Shown here: positions 13,919 through 22,905 of the stretch, piece by piece
Layout of the letters: each line of letters opens with the position of its first letter
Position numbering within the stretch: the stretch's first letter is position 1
From: Terriglobia bacterium
GTDB taxonomy: Bacteria; Acidobacteriota; Terriglobia; Terriglobales; SCQP01
Assembly (NCBI GenBank): GCA_021323595.1
Contig: JAJPKR010000028.1
Coordinates: forward strand, 3,762 to 67,761
Length of the DNA: 64,000 nt
Direction of reading: 5' to 3'
Made by a program: the position numbers and the translations under genes
Notes under the pieces: model-generated
Databases searched by the model: none
The model's input: the letters and a program-made list of their open reading frames with translations, nothing else
What the model was told of the DNA's origin: nothing

Positions 13919-15356
13919 CGACGTCCTCTATCTGCCCATCCGCCAGCTCGCCGAGCGCATTCGCGCCCGCCGGCTCTCGCCGGTCGAGCTGACCGACGCG
14001 TATCTTGCGCGCAGCGAACGCATCGGCCGGCGCTTGCACGCCTATGTGACGCTGACGCCGGAGCTGGCGCGCGCGCAGGCGCGGCGCGCCGAGCGGGAGA
14101 TCGCCGCCGGCCATTATCGCGGCCCGCTGCACGGCATTCCTTACGCCGCCAAAGATCTGCTCGCCGTCCTAGGCTATCCGACCACCTGGGGCGCGCGCCC
14201 CTTCGCCGCGCAGCGCTTCGACTACGACGCCGCCGTGATCGAGCGGCTGAACGCCGCCGGCGCCGTCCTGATCGGCAAGGCGGCGATGATCGAGCTGGCA
14301 GGCGGACTCGGTTACACCGGTCCTTACGCGTCGCTCACCGGCCCTTGCCACAACCCCTGGGACGTCACCCGCTGGACGTGCGGCTCCTCGAGCGGCTCCG
14401 GCGCCATCGCCTCGGCCGCGCTGGCCGCCTTCGCCCTCGGTTCCGACACCCGCGGTTCGATCATTTGCCCTTCCTCCTGGTGCGGCATCTCCGGCCTGCG
14501 GCCCAGCTTCGGCCGGGTCAGCCGGCACGGCGCGATGGCGATCGCCTGGTCCATGGACAAGATCGGGCCGATGGCGCGCAGCGCCGATTGCTGCGCGCTC
14601 GTGCTGGAGGCCATCGCCGGCCACGATCCCCGCGACTTCGACAGCTTGCCCGCGCCGCAGGCGGCCTTTCGCTGGAACGGCGGCGCGAGCGGCGCCCGCC
14701 TGCGCATCGGCCGGCTCACGAACGTCTTCCCCGACGCCCGCCCCGAAATCCACGCCGCCACCGATGCCGCGCTGCGCATTATGGAGCGCCAGGGCGCGCA
14801 GGTCGCCGACGCGCAGTTGCCCGATGGACCCTTCGAAGAAGCGGCGGAGTTGGTGATCTTGATCGAAGCGGCTTCGTCGTTTTCGCGCCTGATTGACTCG
14901 GGCCGCTGCGCCCAACTGGAAGATCCGCTCGGCCAAATCAACGGCTACGTGAGCCGCCTGTTTTCCGCTCACGATCTGCTGCACATCGAGCGCCTGCGCA
15001 CGGTGCTGCAACGCGATATCGACCGCCTCTTCGATCGTTTCGATGTGCTGGCCGCTCCCGGCGAGGGCGAAACCGCCTCGCCGATCGGGCCGCCGCCGGG
15101 AACCACGCCGCTCGCGCCGCGGCCGCGGTCCGAAACCCGCCCGCGCCGCCGCTATCAATACGACAGCAAGCAGCCGGACGCGATCTCCAGCCTCTGCGGC
15201 TTGCCGGCGCTGAGCGTGCCCGCCGGCCTCAGCGCCGAGCGCCTGCCGATCAACGTCCAGTTCATGGGGCGCGCGCTGCGCGACGATCTCGTGCTGGAGG
15301 CGGGCCGCTTCCTGCAAGCCCACTCCGACTTCCACCTTCACCGGCCGCCCATCTGA
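13908..15356 (+). CDS. Amidase-signature family amidase (GatA/AtzE-like), no signal peptide
   Basis: AS signature CGSSSGSGAIASAALAAFALGSDTRGSIICPSSWCGISGLRPSFGRVSRHG, with a catalytic Ser-cisSer-Lys context (KDL...). Confidence 0.9.
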   Translation: MVSDDVLYLPIRQLAERIRARRLSPVELTDAYLARSERIGRRLHAYVTLTPELARAQARRAEREIAAGHYRGPLHGIPYAAKDLLAVLGYPTTWGARPFAAQRFDYDAAVIERLNAAGAVLIGKAAMIELAGGLGYTGPYASLTGPCHNPWDVTRWTCGSSSGSGAIASAALAAFALGSDTRGSIICPSSWCGISGLRPSFGRVSRHGAMAIAWSMDKIGPMARSADCCALVLEAIAGHDPRDFDSLPAPQAAFRWNGGASGARLRIGRLTNVFPDARPEIHAATDAALRIMERQGAQVADAQLPDGPFEEAAELVILIEAASSFSRLIDSGRCAQLEDPLGQINGYVSRLFSAHDLLHIERLRTVLQRDIDRLFDRFDVLAAPGEGETASPIGPPPGTTPLAPRPRSETRPRRRYQYDSKQPDAISSLCGLPALSVPAGLSAERLPINVQFMGRALRDDLVLEAGRFLQAHSDFHLHRPPI

Positions 15357-15428
15357 GCGCCTGGCTGCCAGCCGCCGCCCTGCGGTCCCCGGGCGTATGA
15401 TGAGGCCAGCAAGTCTCGGAGGGGAAAC

Positions 15429-16037
15429 ATGCGTCATGGGAATCGCCGGTGTTGGCGTTGGGCCTGGCTGCTTCCGGTTTTCGTCGCGGTGCTGGCCGCG
15501 CAAACGTCCATGTCCTCGGGGCCCTTCGGCATCGAGAATTTCTCGGCGACGATGGTGTTCAACGGACCGCAGGGCGAGGTCAGCCAAAAGATCTACAAGC
15601 TGGGTGACAAGATCCGCATGGAGATGCCGCGCCGCGCCGGCGCGTATTCGATCATGGATCTCTCCGCACACAAGATGTACATGGTGATGAGCCCGCAGAT
15701 GTGCATGGAGATGGACACGACCCACCGTCTCGGCGCGCCCAATCCGTTCGCCGCGCGCGGCACCGTGAAGCGCGAGCCGCTCGGCGCCGAAACCGTGGAC
15801 GGCCACCCGTGCAAGGTGGAGCGCATCACCGTCACGCCCGCCGAAGGCGGCGCCCCAGTGGTCATGAAGGCCTGGGAGGCACAGGACCTCCAGGGCTTCC
15901 CGGTGCGGGTGGAGACGCAAACGGAACGCGGGCCGATGCGCATGGATTACCGCGACATCAGCTTGGCTCCGCCGGCGGCGTCGTTGCTGACGCCGCCGCA
16001 GAATTGCCGCGCCATGCCCGCGATGCCGCCGCACTAG
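15429..16037 (+). CDS. Secreted hypothetical protein (LolA-like / DUF4412-like guess)
   Basis: GGAGGGG Shine-Dalgarno before the ATG, a signal peptide WRWAWLLPVFVAVLAAQ, and a Met-rich beta-type sequence. No catalytic motifs recognised. Confidence 0.55.
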   Translation: MRHGNRRCWRWAWLLPVFVAVLAAQTSMSSGPFGIENFSATMVFNGPQGEVSQKIYKLGDKIRMEMPRRAGAYSIMDLSAHKMYMVMSPQMCMEMDTTHRLGAPNPFAARGTVKREPLGAETVDGHPCKVERITVTPAEGGAPVVMKAWEAQDLQGFPVRVETQTERGPMRMDYRDISLAPPAASLLTPPQNCRAMPAMPPH

Positions 16038-16076
16038 CCGCGGCCGGCCGTTCGCCGCCTGCGCCCGACAACCGCT

Positions 16077-19000
16077 TCAGCGACGGCCGGCGCTCGCCTC
16101 CCCGGCGCGTACTTGCGCGCGAGCGGAGGCGAGAAGCGCCTGTGCCTCGCGCCAGGCGCGCAGCGCCTCGGCCGTGGGCGGCGCATCCGCGCCCTCGATG
16201 CTGAACTCGATCTGGCGCAACAGGCCGCTGAGATAACGCAAGCTGGTGTGATCGGTTTCCGGTCCGCCTTCGCCGGAAAAATCCGCGCCGAGCGCCGGCT
16301 GCTCGCCCAAGAGCGCCGCCAAATGCCGCGCGCGCGCGAGCCGCAGGAGCCGTGCCGCCTCGACGCTCGCCGCTTGCACTTGCTGCCCCAGCTCGAACTG
16401 CCGGCGCAGGACCGCCAGCGGCACATGCACGCGAGGATCCATGACCAGCGTCAGCGGCCGCGTGTACGCACGCCCATCCACGGTCAGCCGCACCTGATAC
16501 TGGCCCGGCACCGCCCACAATCCGCCCCCGCCGCGGAAGAACCCGAAGCCGCGCCCGACGCCGCCCGCCCCGGCCGGCGTGGCATAGTGCAAGTCCCACA
16601 CCCAGCGGTGCAGTCCGGCGCCGGCGGCGAGCACCGGCGCGGGGTGAATCCAGTACATGGGAATATCGAGCGACTTGGGATTGACCGCGGGCGGATGGTC
16701 CGCGCTCGAATAGCGCCGCACGAGGCGCCCGGCGCCGTCGAGAATCTCGAGCGTCACCGCCCCCTGTGCCGGCGCCGCGAGATAGTAATCGAGGATCGCA
16801 CCGCTCGGCGGCTCCTCGCCGGTCGGCGTCTCCGGCGGCAGGGGCGTGCCGTCGTTCGAGCCGGGACGCACCCGGTACGCGGTTTCGGGCGCGAACAGAA
16901 ACGCCTTCGCGCCGCCGCCCACGGACTGTTTCAGCGCGCTCCACTGGCGCAGCAGGGTGATGTCATCGAGAATCCAGAACGCGCGCCCGTGAGTCGCCAC
17001 CGCGAGGTCGTTGTCATGCACGACGATGTCGCGGATCGAGGTGACCGGCAGGTTCATCTGCAGCGGCTGCCACGCGCCGCCGTCGTCGAAGCTGACGTAG
17101 ATGCCGAGTTCGGTGCCGGCATACAGCAGCCCGGCGCGCTTGGGGTCCTCGCGGATGGCATTGACGAAGGCCCCCTCGGGAATGCCGGCGACGATCTTCT
17201 GCCACGTGCGCCCGCCGTCGCGGGTGCGATAGATATACGGCGCGAGGTCGTCGAGGCGATGCCGGTCCACGGCCGCGTAGGCGGTGTCGACGTGGAAATG
17301 CGAGGCCTCGATCATCCCCACTTTGCTCCAGGGCGTGAGCGCGGCGGGGGTGACGTTGCGCCAGCTCCGGCCGTCATCGCGCGAGAGTTGGATCAAGCCG
17401 TCATCGGTGCCGATCCAGATCGTGTGGGCGTCGAGCGGTGACGGCGCGATGGTGTAGATCACGCCGCGCCGCGGCCCGCCGAAGGCGTCTTTCGCGGTCA
17501 CCGGGTCGAGATTGGAGGGCACGCCCGGGTCGGGGCGCGTGAGATCGGGGCTGATGCGCCGCCACGACTGGCCGCCGTCGCGGGTGACGAACAAGTATTG
17601 ATTGCTGAAGTAGAGCGCGTGCGGATCGGCGGGCGAGAAAATTAGAGGCAACGTCCAGGTATGGCGAAATACCTGCGTGCGCCCGAGCATGGGCGAAATG
17701 TTGCGCGTCGCCCCCGTGGCTTGGTCGTAGCGCGTGACCGTCCCGCCGTAAAGGATGTTGCCATCCAGCGGATCGGGCACGACCGTGCCGCTCTCGCCCC
17801 CGGCGCCGATCGGATGCCAATCGCGAAAGCTGATGGTCCCGTAATGGCTGGCGCTCGGCACCGCCATCGCCCCGCTATCCTGCTGCGCGCCGTACAGCCA
17901 GAAGGGAAAGCGGTTGTCGGCGGAAACGTGATAGAACTGCGCCGTCGGCTGGTTGTACCAACTGCTCCACGTGCGCCCGTCGTTCAGGCTGACGATCACG
18001 CCCTGATCGCTGGCCAGAATGATGTGATTGGAATCGTCGGGCGACACCCAGATCGAGTGATAATCGTCGCCGCCGGGCGCGCCCTTCAGCGCGTCGAAGG
18101 AATGGCCGCCGTCGGTGGAGCGATACGTCGAGGTATTCGCCACGTAAACCACGTCGGCATTCTTCGGGTCCACCGTAATCCCGCCGAAGTACCATCCCCG
18201 GCCCCATATGCGCCGTTCGCCATCCACGAGGCTGAAGCTCTGGCCGCCGTCGTCGGAACGGTAAACGCCGCCGTGCTCGGCATCCACGATGAGATAAACG
18301 CGCTGCGGCGCACTCGGCGCCACGGCAATGCCGATGCGGCCGACCTGGCGGGGCAAACCCTGCGTGAGTTGCGTCCAGGTCGCGCCGCCGTCGGTGGACT
18401 TGTACAGCCCGCTGCCCGGGCCGTTTGCAGGCGGATAGATATTCCACGGCGGGCGCCGCGTCTGCCACAAGGCGGCATAGATCACGTTGGCATTGCCGGG
18501 CTCGAAGGCGAGCGCGATCGCCCCCGTGTTCTCGTCCTTGTACAGAACCTTCTGCCAGGTCTGCCCGCCGTTCGTGGACTTGAACACGCCGCGCTCCTGG
18601 TTGGGCCCGTACGCGTGGCCCAGCGCCGCCACGTACACGACGTCGGGATTCGCCGGATCGATCAGGATCGCGCCGATGTGCCGCGTGTCGTCGAGGCCGA
18701 TGTGCGTCCACGTCTTGCCGCCATCGGTGGACTTGTACATCCCGTCGCCGTACGAAATATCCGAGCGCATGTCCGCCTCGCCCGAACCGGCGTAGATCAC
18801 CTTCGGATCGGAGGGAGCAACCGCGACGGCGCCGATCGAAGCGATCGGCTCGCCATCGAAGATCGGCTTCCAAGTGTTGCCGGCATCGGTAGTCTTCCAA
18901 ACGCCGCCGCCGACCGCACCGAAGTAGAAAACGCTGGGCTGGCCAGGCACGCCGACGGCGCTCAGCGAACGTCCGCCGCGGAACGGCCCCACCAAGCGCC

Positions 19001-19091
19001 AGCGCATCGCCGTGGGCCCGGGCGCGAACGTTTGCGCCGCCAGCGGCAGCGCCGCCAAAGCGAGCAAGTAAGGACAAAGGCGTCGAGTCAC
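16077..19091 (-). CDS. Secreted BNR/Asp-box repeat protein, sortilin-VPS10 / GH74-like double beta-propeller
   Basis: Signal peptide plus at least 10 Asp-box motifs S/T-x-D-x-G-x-T/S-W/F (TTDAGNTW, STDGGKTW, STNGGQTW, STDGGATW, SDDGGQSF, STDGGHSF, TRDGGQSW, SRDDGRSW, TRDGGRTW). Confidence 0.85.
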   Translation of the reverse strand: MTRRLCPYLLALAALPLAAQTFAPGPTAMRWRLVGPFRGGRSLSAVGVPGQPSVFYFGAVGGGVWKTTDAGNTWKPIFDGEPIASIGAVAVAPSDPKVIYAGSGEADMRSDISYGDGMYKSTDGGKTWTHIGLDDTRHIGAILIDPANPDVVYVAALGHAYGPNQERGVFKSTNGGQTWQKVLYKDENTGAIALAFEPGNANVIYAALWQTRRPPWNIYPPANGPGSGLYKSTDGGATWTQLTQGLPRQVGRIGIAVAPSAPQRVYLIVDAEHGGVYRSDDGGQSFSLVDGERRIWGRGWYFGGITVDPKNADVVYVANTSTYRSTDGGHSFDALKGAPGGDDYHSIWVSPDDSNHIILASDQGVIVSLNDGRTWSSWYNQPTAQFYHVSADNRFPFWLYGAQQDSGAMAVPSASHYGTISFRDWHPIGAGGESGTVVPDPLDGNILYGGTVTRYDQATGATRNISPMLGRTQVFRHTWTLPLIFSPADPHALYFSNQYLFVTRDGGQSWRRISPDLTRPDPGVPSNLDPVTAKDAFGGPRRGVIYTIAPSPLDAHTIWIGTDDGLIQLSRDDGRSWRNVTPAALTPWSKVGMIEASHFHVDTAYAAVDRHRLDDLAPYIYRTRDGGRTWQKIVAGIPEGAFVNAIREDPKRAGLLYAGTELGIYVSFDDGGAWQPLQMNLPVTSIRDIVVHDNDLAVATHGRAFWILDDITLLRQWSALKQSVGGGAKAFLFAPETAYRVRPGSNDGTPLPPETPTGEEPPSGAILDYYLAAPAQGAVTLEILDGAGRLVRRYSSADHPPAVNPKSLDIPMYWIHPAPVLAAGAGLHRWVWDLHYATPAGAGGVGRGFGFFRGGGGLWAVPGQYQVRLTVDGRAYTRPLTLVMDPRVHVPLAVLRRQFELGQQVQAASVEAARLLRLARARHLAALLGEQPALGADFSGEGGPETDHTSLRYLSGLLRQIEFSIEGADAPPTAEALRAWREAQALLASARAQVRAGEASAGRR

Positions 19092-19328
19092 GCGCTAGAG
19101 TATACGCCACGACGAAACAGCGGTCAGGAGCCGCCGATCGGGATCAGATTCCGGGCAGAACGCGTGCCCAGTCACGCCCAGCGTTCGCAATCCGCATCAG
19201 CGGCCCGCGCACGCCATCCGCCGCTTCTTTAGGATTGGGCTCCGCTCAGCCTGGTCCGGCTGCGCCGTGGACGGATCCGCTCCGCGAAGCGGCTTTCCCG
19301 GCGCCCTCCGAAGGCATCTAGAAAGCCT

Positions 19329-19580
19329 ATGGACCCTGAACCAATCCGCGAAGGTGAGTTCACCAAGACGGTCGAGCGCGGCACCGCCCGCATTCCCTCC
19401 GGCGGCTACTTGGGAGCGGCGCTCGGCTCGATGGGGATATCGGCAATTCTCATGATGGCGCGCAAGGAGAGAATGGCGCTCTTTGTGGGCCAATGGGCGG
19501 CGCCATTTTTGATCATGGGGCTCTATAACAAGCTCGTGAAGCAGCTCGGCTCGGAGGGCGAGCTGCGCCGCGTCGCCTAA
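19329..19580 (+). CDS. Small membrane protein, hypothetical
   Basis: 83 aa with two hydrophobic helices (GGYLGAALGSMGISAILMM and LFVGQWAAPFLIMGLY). Codon usage looks coding, but there is no clear RBS. Confidence 0.45.
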   Translation: MDPEPIREGEFTKTVERGTARIPSGGYLGAALGSMGISAILMMARKERMALFVGQWAAPFLIMGLYNKLVKQLGSEGELRRVA

Positions 19581-19929
19581 CCGTCCCCGGCGCCGCGGGC
19601 GGGCCCCGTCCCCGGCGCCGCGCGCGGGCGCCGAGCGCTGCCCACCGGCTGACCAAGACCGGAGCGGCCGCGGGGCCAGGAGAGCGCACGACCCGCCCGC
19701 GACCGGGCTGCTTCTGCCCTTGCTCCTCCTCGGGCGCGGCCCTCTTCTTGCCAGGCCTGCGCAGGCACTCGTGTCCAAGCGGCGAGCTGGCGCGGTGCGG
19801 TTCGCGTCGGCTCTGTTATTCCGGATCAAGGTGAACCTAGCTCGGAACTGCCGGCACCGTGAGCGGCCGGCCGGAGCGCGCCTGGACCTTTATACCGCCG
19901 GGCGGCAAACGGTGAGCTATTGTTTCTCC

Positions 19930-20433
19930 ATGCGCGTCCTCGGGATTGATTGCGGCAGCATGGCCACCGGGTACGGCCTCGTCGAGAGTGACGGACGCCG
20001 CCATCAGGCGCTCGACTTCGGTGTCGTGCGCGCCGGAGCGCGCGAGGCTTTCGCGCCGCGCCTGCACCGCATTCATTGCCGCCTGACGGAGCTGATCCTG
20101 GCGCATCAGCCCGATTGCGTGGCGATCGAAAACGTTTTTTATGCCGAAAATGTGCGCTCGGCGCTCAAGCTCGGGCACGTGCGCGGCGTCGCCATGCAAG
20201 CGGCGGCGGCACAGGGGCTGACCATCGCCGAGTATTCGCCGCTCGAGGTCAAGAGCGCCTTGACCGGTTATGGGCGCGCGGAGAAGCACCAGGTTCAGCG
20301 GATGGTGCAAGAGCTGCTGCGGCTGGCCGTTGCGCCGGTCTCGCTCGACGCCAGCGATGCCCTCGCCGTGGCCATCTGCCACATCCATTACTCCCAGGGC
20401 CAAGCGCTTGCCGCGCCGGGCCTGGGCCGATGA
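19930..20433 (+). CDS. ruvC: Crossover junction endodeoxyribonuclease RuvC
   Basis: Internal ATG of ORF 19720..20433. MRVLGIDCGSMATGYG, IENVFY, LKLGHVRGV, PLEVKSALTGYGRAEKHQV, SDALAVAICH, i.e. the RuvC catalytic acidic residues in the canonical order. Confidence 0.93.
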   Translation: MRVLGIDCGSMATGYGLVESDGRRHQALDFGVVRAGAREAFAPRLHRIHCRLTELILAHQPDCVAIENVFYAENVRSALKLGHVRGVAMQAAAAQGLTIAEYSPLEVKSALTGYGRAEKHQVQRMVQELLRLAVAPVSLDASDALAVAICHIHYSQGQALAAPGLGR

Positions 20434-20524
20434 ACCGTCTTGCGCCGGCACGCGCCGCGGCGGAACGGCAGAGTCGCGCGCGGCGGCCGCCCGCGGCGCT
20501 CAGAGCTTCTCCGCTGCGCCGCGA

Positions 20525-22333
20525 TTAGACCTCCTCGAAAATGCCCTTTTCGAAGCCCAGGTCGCGCGCCGAGGGCGTCAGCAGGGTCTTCGGCCCGATG
20601 CGGATCCGGCGGCGCTCGCGCAGCGCCTCGCGCACATCGCTCTCGCAGACGAACTCGGCCGGCGGCGCTGGCGGCGCCGCTGCGGGCCGCGCCGGCGGAG
20701 AGGGCGGCGACTGCGGTTCCGCCGTCGGCGCAGGCGGCGGCGTTGCCGCCGGCATGGCCGCCGGCGCCAGGGCCGGCGCCGGTATACCGGCGGCGCCGCC
20801 GGCAAGCTTTTCCGCCAAGAAGCGCTCGATCACTTGGCGAATCGCCGCCCGGTCCAAACCGCCGGCGGCCGGCGGCGTGAAAGCCGGCTCGCGGGCCGCG
20901 ACGGCCGGCGGCGGGGCCGGCGCGTGCTGGCAGGCGCAGGCCGCCCCGGCGCCGTCCGGCGATGCCACGGCAGCGGCGGCGGCCGGCGGCCGGGTTTCGC
21001 GCGCGATGCGTTTGATGTTGATCAGGTGTTGCGGGCCGATGTTGTCGGAGGTGATGTTGCCGCCGGCGGCGCCGCAGCCCAGCGTCATCGCCGGAAACAA
21101 GTTCGTCGTCGCTCCGATCGAGCCCTGCGGTGCCGGGCTGTTCACGACCACGCGAAACGCCGGCATGCGCAGGCCATATTCGCGGATTACATCCCGATCC
21201 TGGGCATGAATGACGCAGGTATGGCCGAGCCCGCCGAAGTGCAGCAGATTCGAGCACAACTCGAAGGCCGCCGCGCGGTCGGCGGTGAAATAGAGGGCCA
21301 GCACCGGCGAGAGCTTTTCCGCCGACAGCGGCACTTGCTTGCCCATGCCCTTCAGCTCGGCCACCAGCACCCGCGCCTCCGCCGGCACTGCGAAGCCGGC
21401 CAGCTCGCCCAACCGCTGCGGCGACTGGCCGACGCATTTGGGATTGACGGTGAACGATTCGCGGAGGATGAGCGTATTGCCGAGCTTCTCGGTCTCCTCC
21501 GCATTGAGGAAATAGGCGCCGTTCTTGCGCAGCTCTTCGGTGACCGGCGCGCGCAGCGCCTCCTCGGCCACCAGCGCCTGCTCGGAAGAGCAGATCGTAC
21601 CCCAGTCGAAGGTCTTGCCGGCGACGACGTCGGCGACGGCCTTGGCAAGCTGGGCGGAACGATCCACGAACGCGGGCACGTTCCCCGGGCCCACGCCGAA
21701 GGCGGGCTTGCCCGAGCTATACGCCGCCCGCACGATGCTCATGCCGCCGGTGGCCAAGATGACGCCGGTGCGGCGGTGCCGCATCAATTCCTGTGTGCCG
21801 GCCATGGAAGGCAGCGCGAAGCAGCCGATCAGGCCCTCGGGCGCGCCCGCGCTTTTCGCCGCCTGCCACATCAACCCTACGGTTTCGCAGATGCAGCGCA
21901 TCGCCGCCGGATGGGGGCTGACGACGATCGCGTTGCCGGCCTTGAGCGCGATCAAGATCTTGTAAATCGCCGTGCTCGTGGGATTCGTGCAAGGCAGCAC
22001 CGCCGCGACCACGCCCACCGGCTCGGCGATCTCCGTGATGCCGGCGGCAGGGTCGTCGCGGATCACGCCGATCGTGGGCAGCGCGCGAATCGCCTCATAG
22101 ACGCGCTGCGAGGCGAAGAGATTCTTTTGGATCTTGTCGGCGACCTTGCCGTAGGTCGTCTCCTCCACCGCCAGCCGCGCCAGCCGCTCGGCGTTGGCGG
22201 TGGCGGCGGCGGCCATGGCGCCGACGATGCCATCCACCTGCGCCTGCGCAAAGCCGCGATAGGTGAGAAAGGCGGCGTGGGCGCGCTCGATCAAGTCGCG
22301 CGCCTCTTGTACGGATTGGAGATCCTTGTCCAT
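20525..22333 (-). CDS. CoA-acylating aldehyde dehydrogenase (EutE/PduP-type, BMC-associated) with a 155-aa C-terminal extension
   Basis: N-terminal 447 aa match EutE/PduP-type AldDH (EPVGVVAAVLPCTNPTST, FDWGTICSSEQ with the catalytic Cys, GLGHTCVIH, TLGCGAAGGNITSDN). This is followed by Pro/Ala linkers and two short structured segments. It lies 52 nt downstream of a BMC-H gene. Confidence 0.88.
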   Translation of the reverse strand: MDKDLQSVQEARDLIERAHAAFLTYRGFAQAQVDGIVGAMAAAATANAERLARLAVEETTYGKVADKIQKNLFASQRVYEAIRALPTIGVIRDDPAAGITEIAEPVGVVAAVLPCTNPTSTAIYKILIALKAGNAIVVSPHPAAMRCICETVGLMWQAAKSAGAPEGLIGCFALPSMAGTQELMRHRRTGVILATGGMSIVRAAYSSGKPAFGVGPGNVPAFVDRSAQLAKAVADVVAGKTFDWGTICSSEQALVAEEALRAPVTEELRKNGAYFLNAEETEKLGNTLILRESFTVNPKCVGQSPQRLGELAGFAVPAEARVLVAELKGMGKQVPLSAEKLSPVLALYFTADRAAAFELCSNLLHFGGLGHTCVIHAQDRDVIREYGLRMPAFRVVVNSPAPQGSIGATTNLFPAMTLGCGAAGGNITSDNIGPQHLINIKRIARETRPPAAAAAVASPDGAGAACACQHAPAPPPAVAAREPAFTPPAAGGLDRAAIRQVIERFLAEKLAGGAAGIPAPALAPAAMPAATPPPAPTAEPQSPPSPPARPAAAPPAPPAEFVCESDVREALRERRRIRIGPKTLLTPSARDLGFEKGIFEEV

Positions 22334-22385
22334 GGCCGGCCCGCGCGCGGCGAAGGGCGGCGCGCGCGGCTGCCGCGCGCGCGCG

Positions 22386-22670
22386 CTACTTGGGGGCCTG
22401 GCCCTTGTTGGGGAGGATCTTTTCGACTTCCGCGTGCGGCCGCGGGATGACGTGCACGCTCACCAACTCGCCTACCCGCCGCGCCGCCGCCGCGCCGGCG
22501 TCGGTGGCGGCCTTCACCGCGCCGACGTCGCCGCGCACCATCACCGTCACGTAGCCGGCGCCGATGTATTCGCGGCCGATCAGCACCACGTTTGCCGCCT
22601 TGACCATGGCGTCGGCTGCCTCGATCGAGCCGACCAGCCCCTTGGTTTCGATCAGTCCCAACGCTTCCAT
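22386..22670 (-). CDS. Bacterial microcompartment hexameric shell protein (BMC-H, Pfam00936 type; PduA/EutM/CcmK-like)
   Basis: [59 protein letters not shown]...VHVIPRPH is a canonical single-domain BMC-H sequence. GGGAGAGG RBS upstream. Confidence 0.93.
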   Translation of the reverse strand: MEALGLIETKGLVGSIEAADAMVKAANVVLIGREYIGAGYVTVMVRGDVGAVKAATDAGAAAARRVGELVSVHVIPRPHAEVEKILPNKGQAPK

Positions 22671-22905
22671 TGCCTCTCCCTTCGCCGCAACAACCGCTAA
22701 GGCGCTAAACGTAGCAGAATCCAGACGCTTGCGCCAGTGTGGATTCGCGCGCCCTCGCGCCGCAGCCGGCCCCTGCGGCTTGGCCTTCCTCGCCCGGGCG
22801 CCCGTCGCAGGCCCCGATTTTCGTCATCGCCCGAAGTGCGGCCGCATCGGCTCCTGCCGCGTGGTTCCCGCCTTTGGTTCGGCAAGCCGTAAGCTATCCT
22901 GAGAT

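Noticed and set aside
20650-20960. Repetitive GC-rich DNA (GCC/GGC/CGG runs) that looked like a tandem repeat or VNTR.
   Set aside because: It is in frame within the AldDH gene and encodes the Pro/Ala linkers. There is no fixed repeat unit or periodic spacer.
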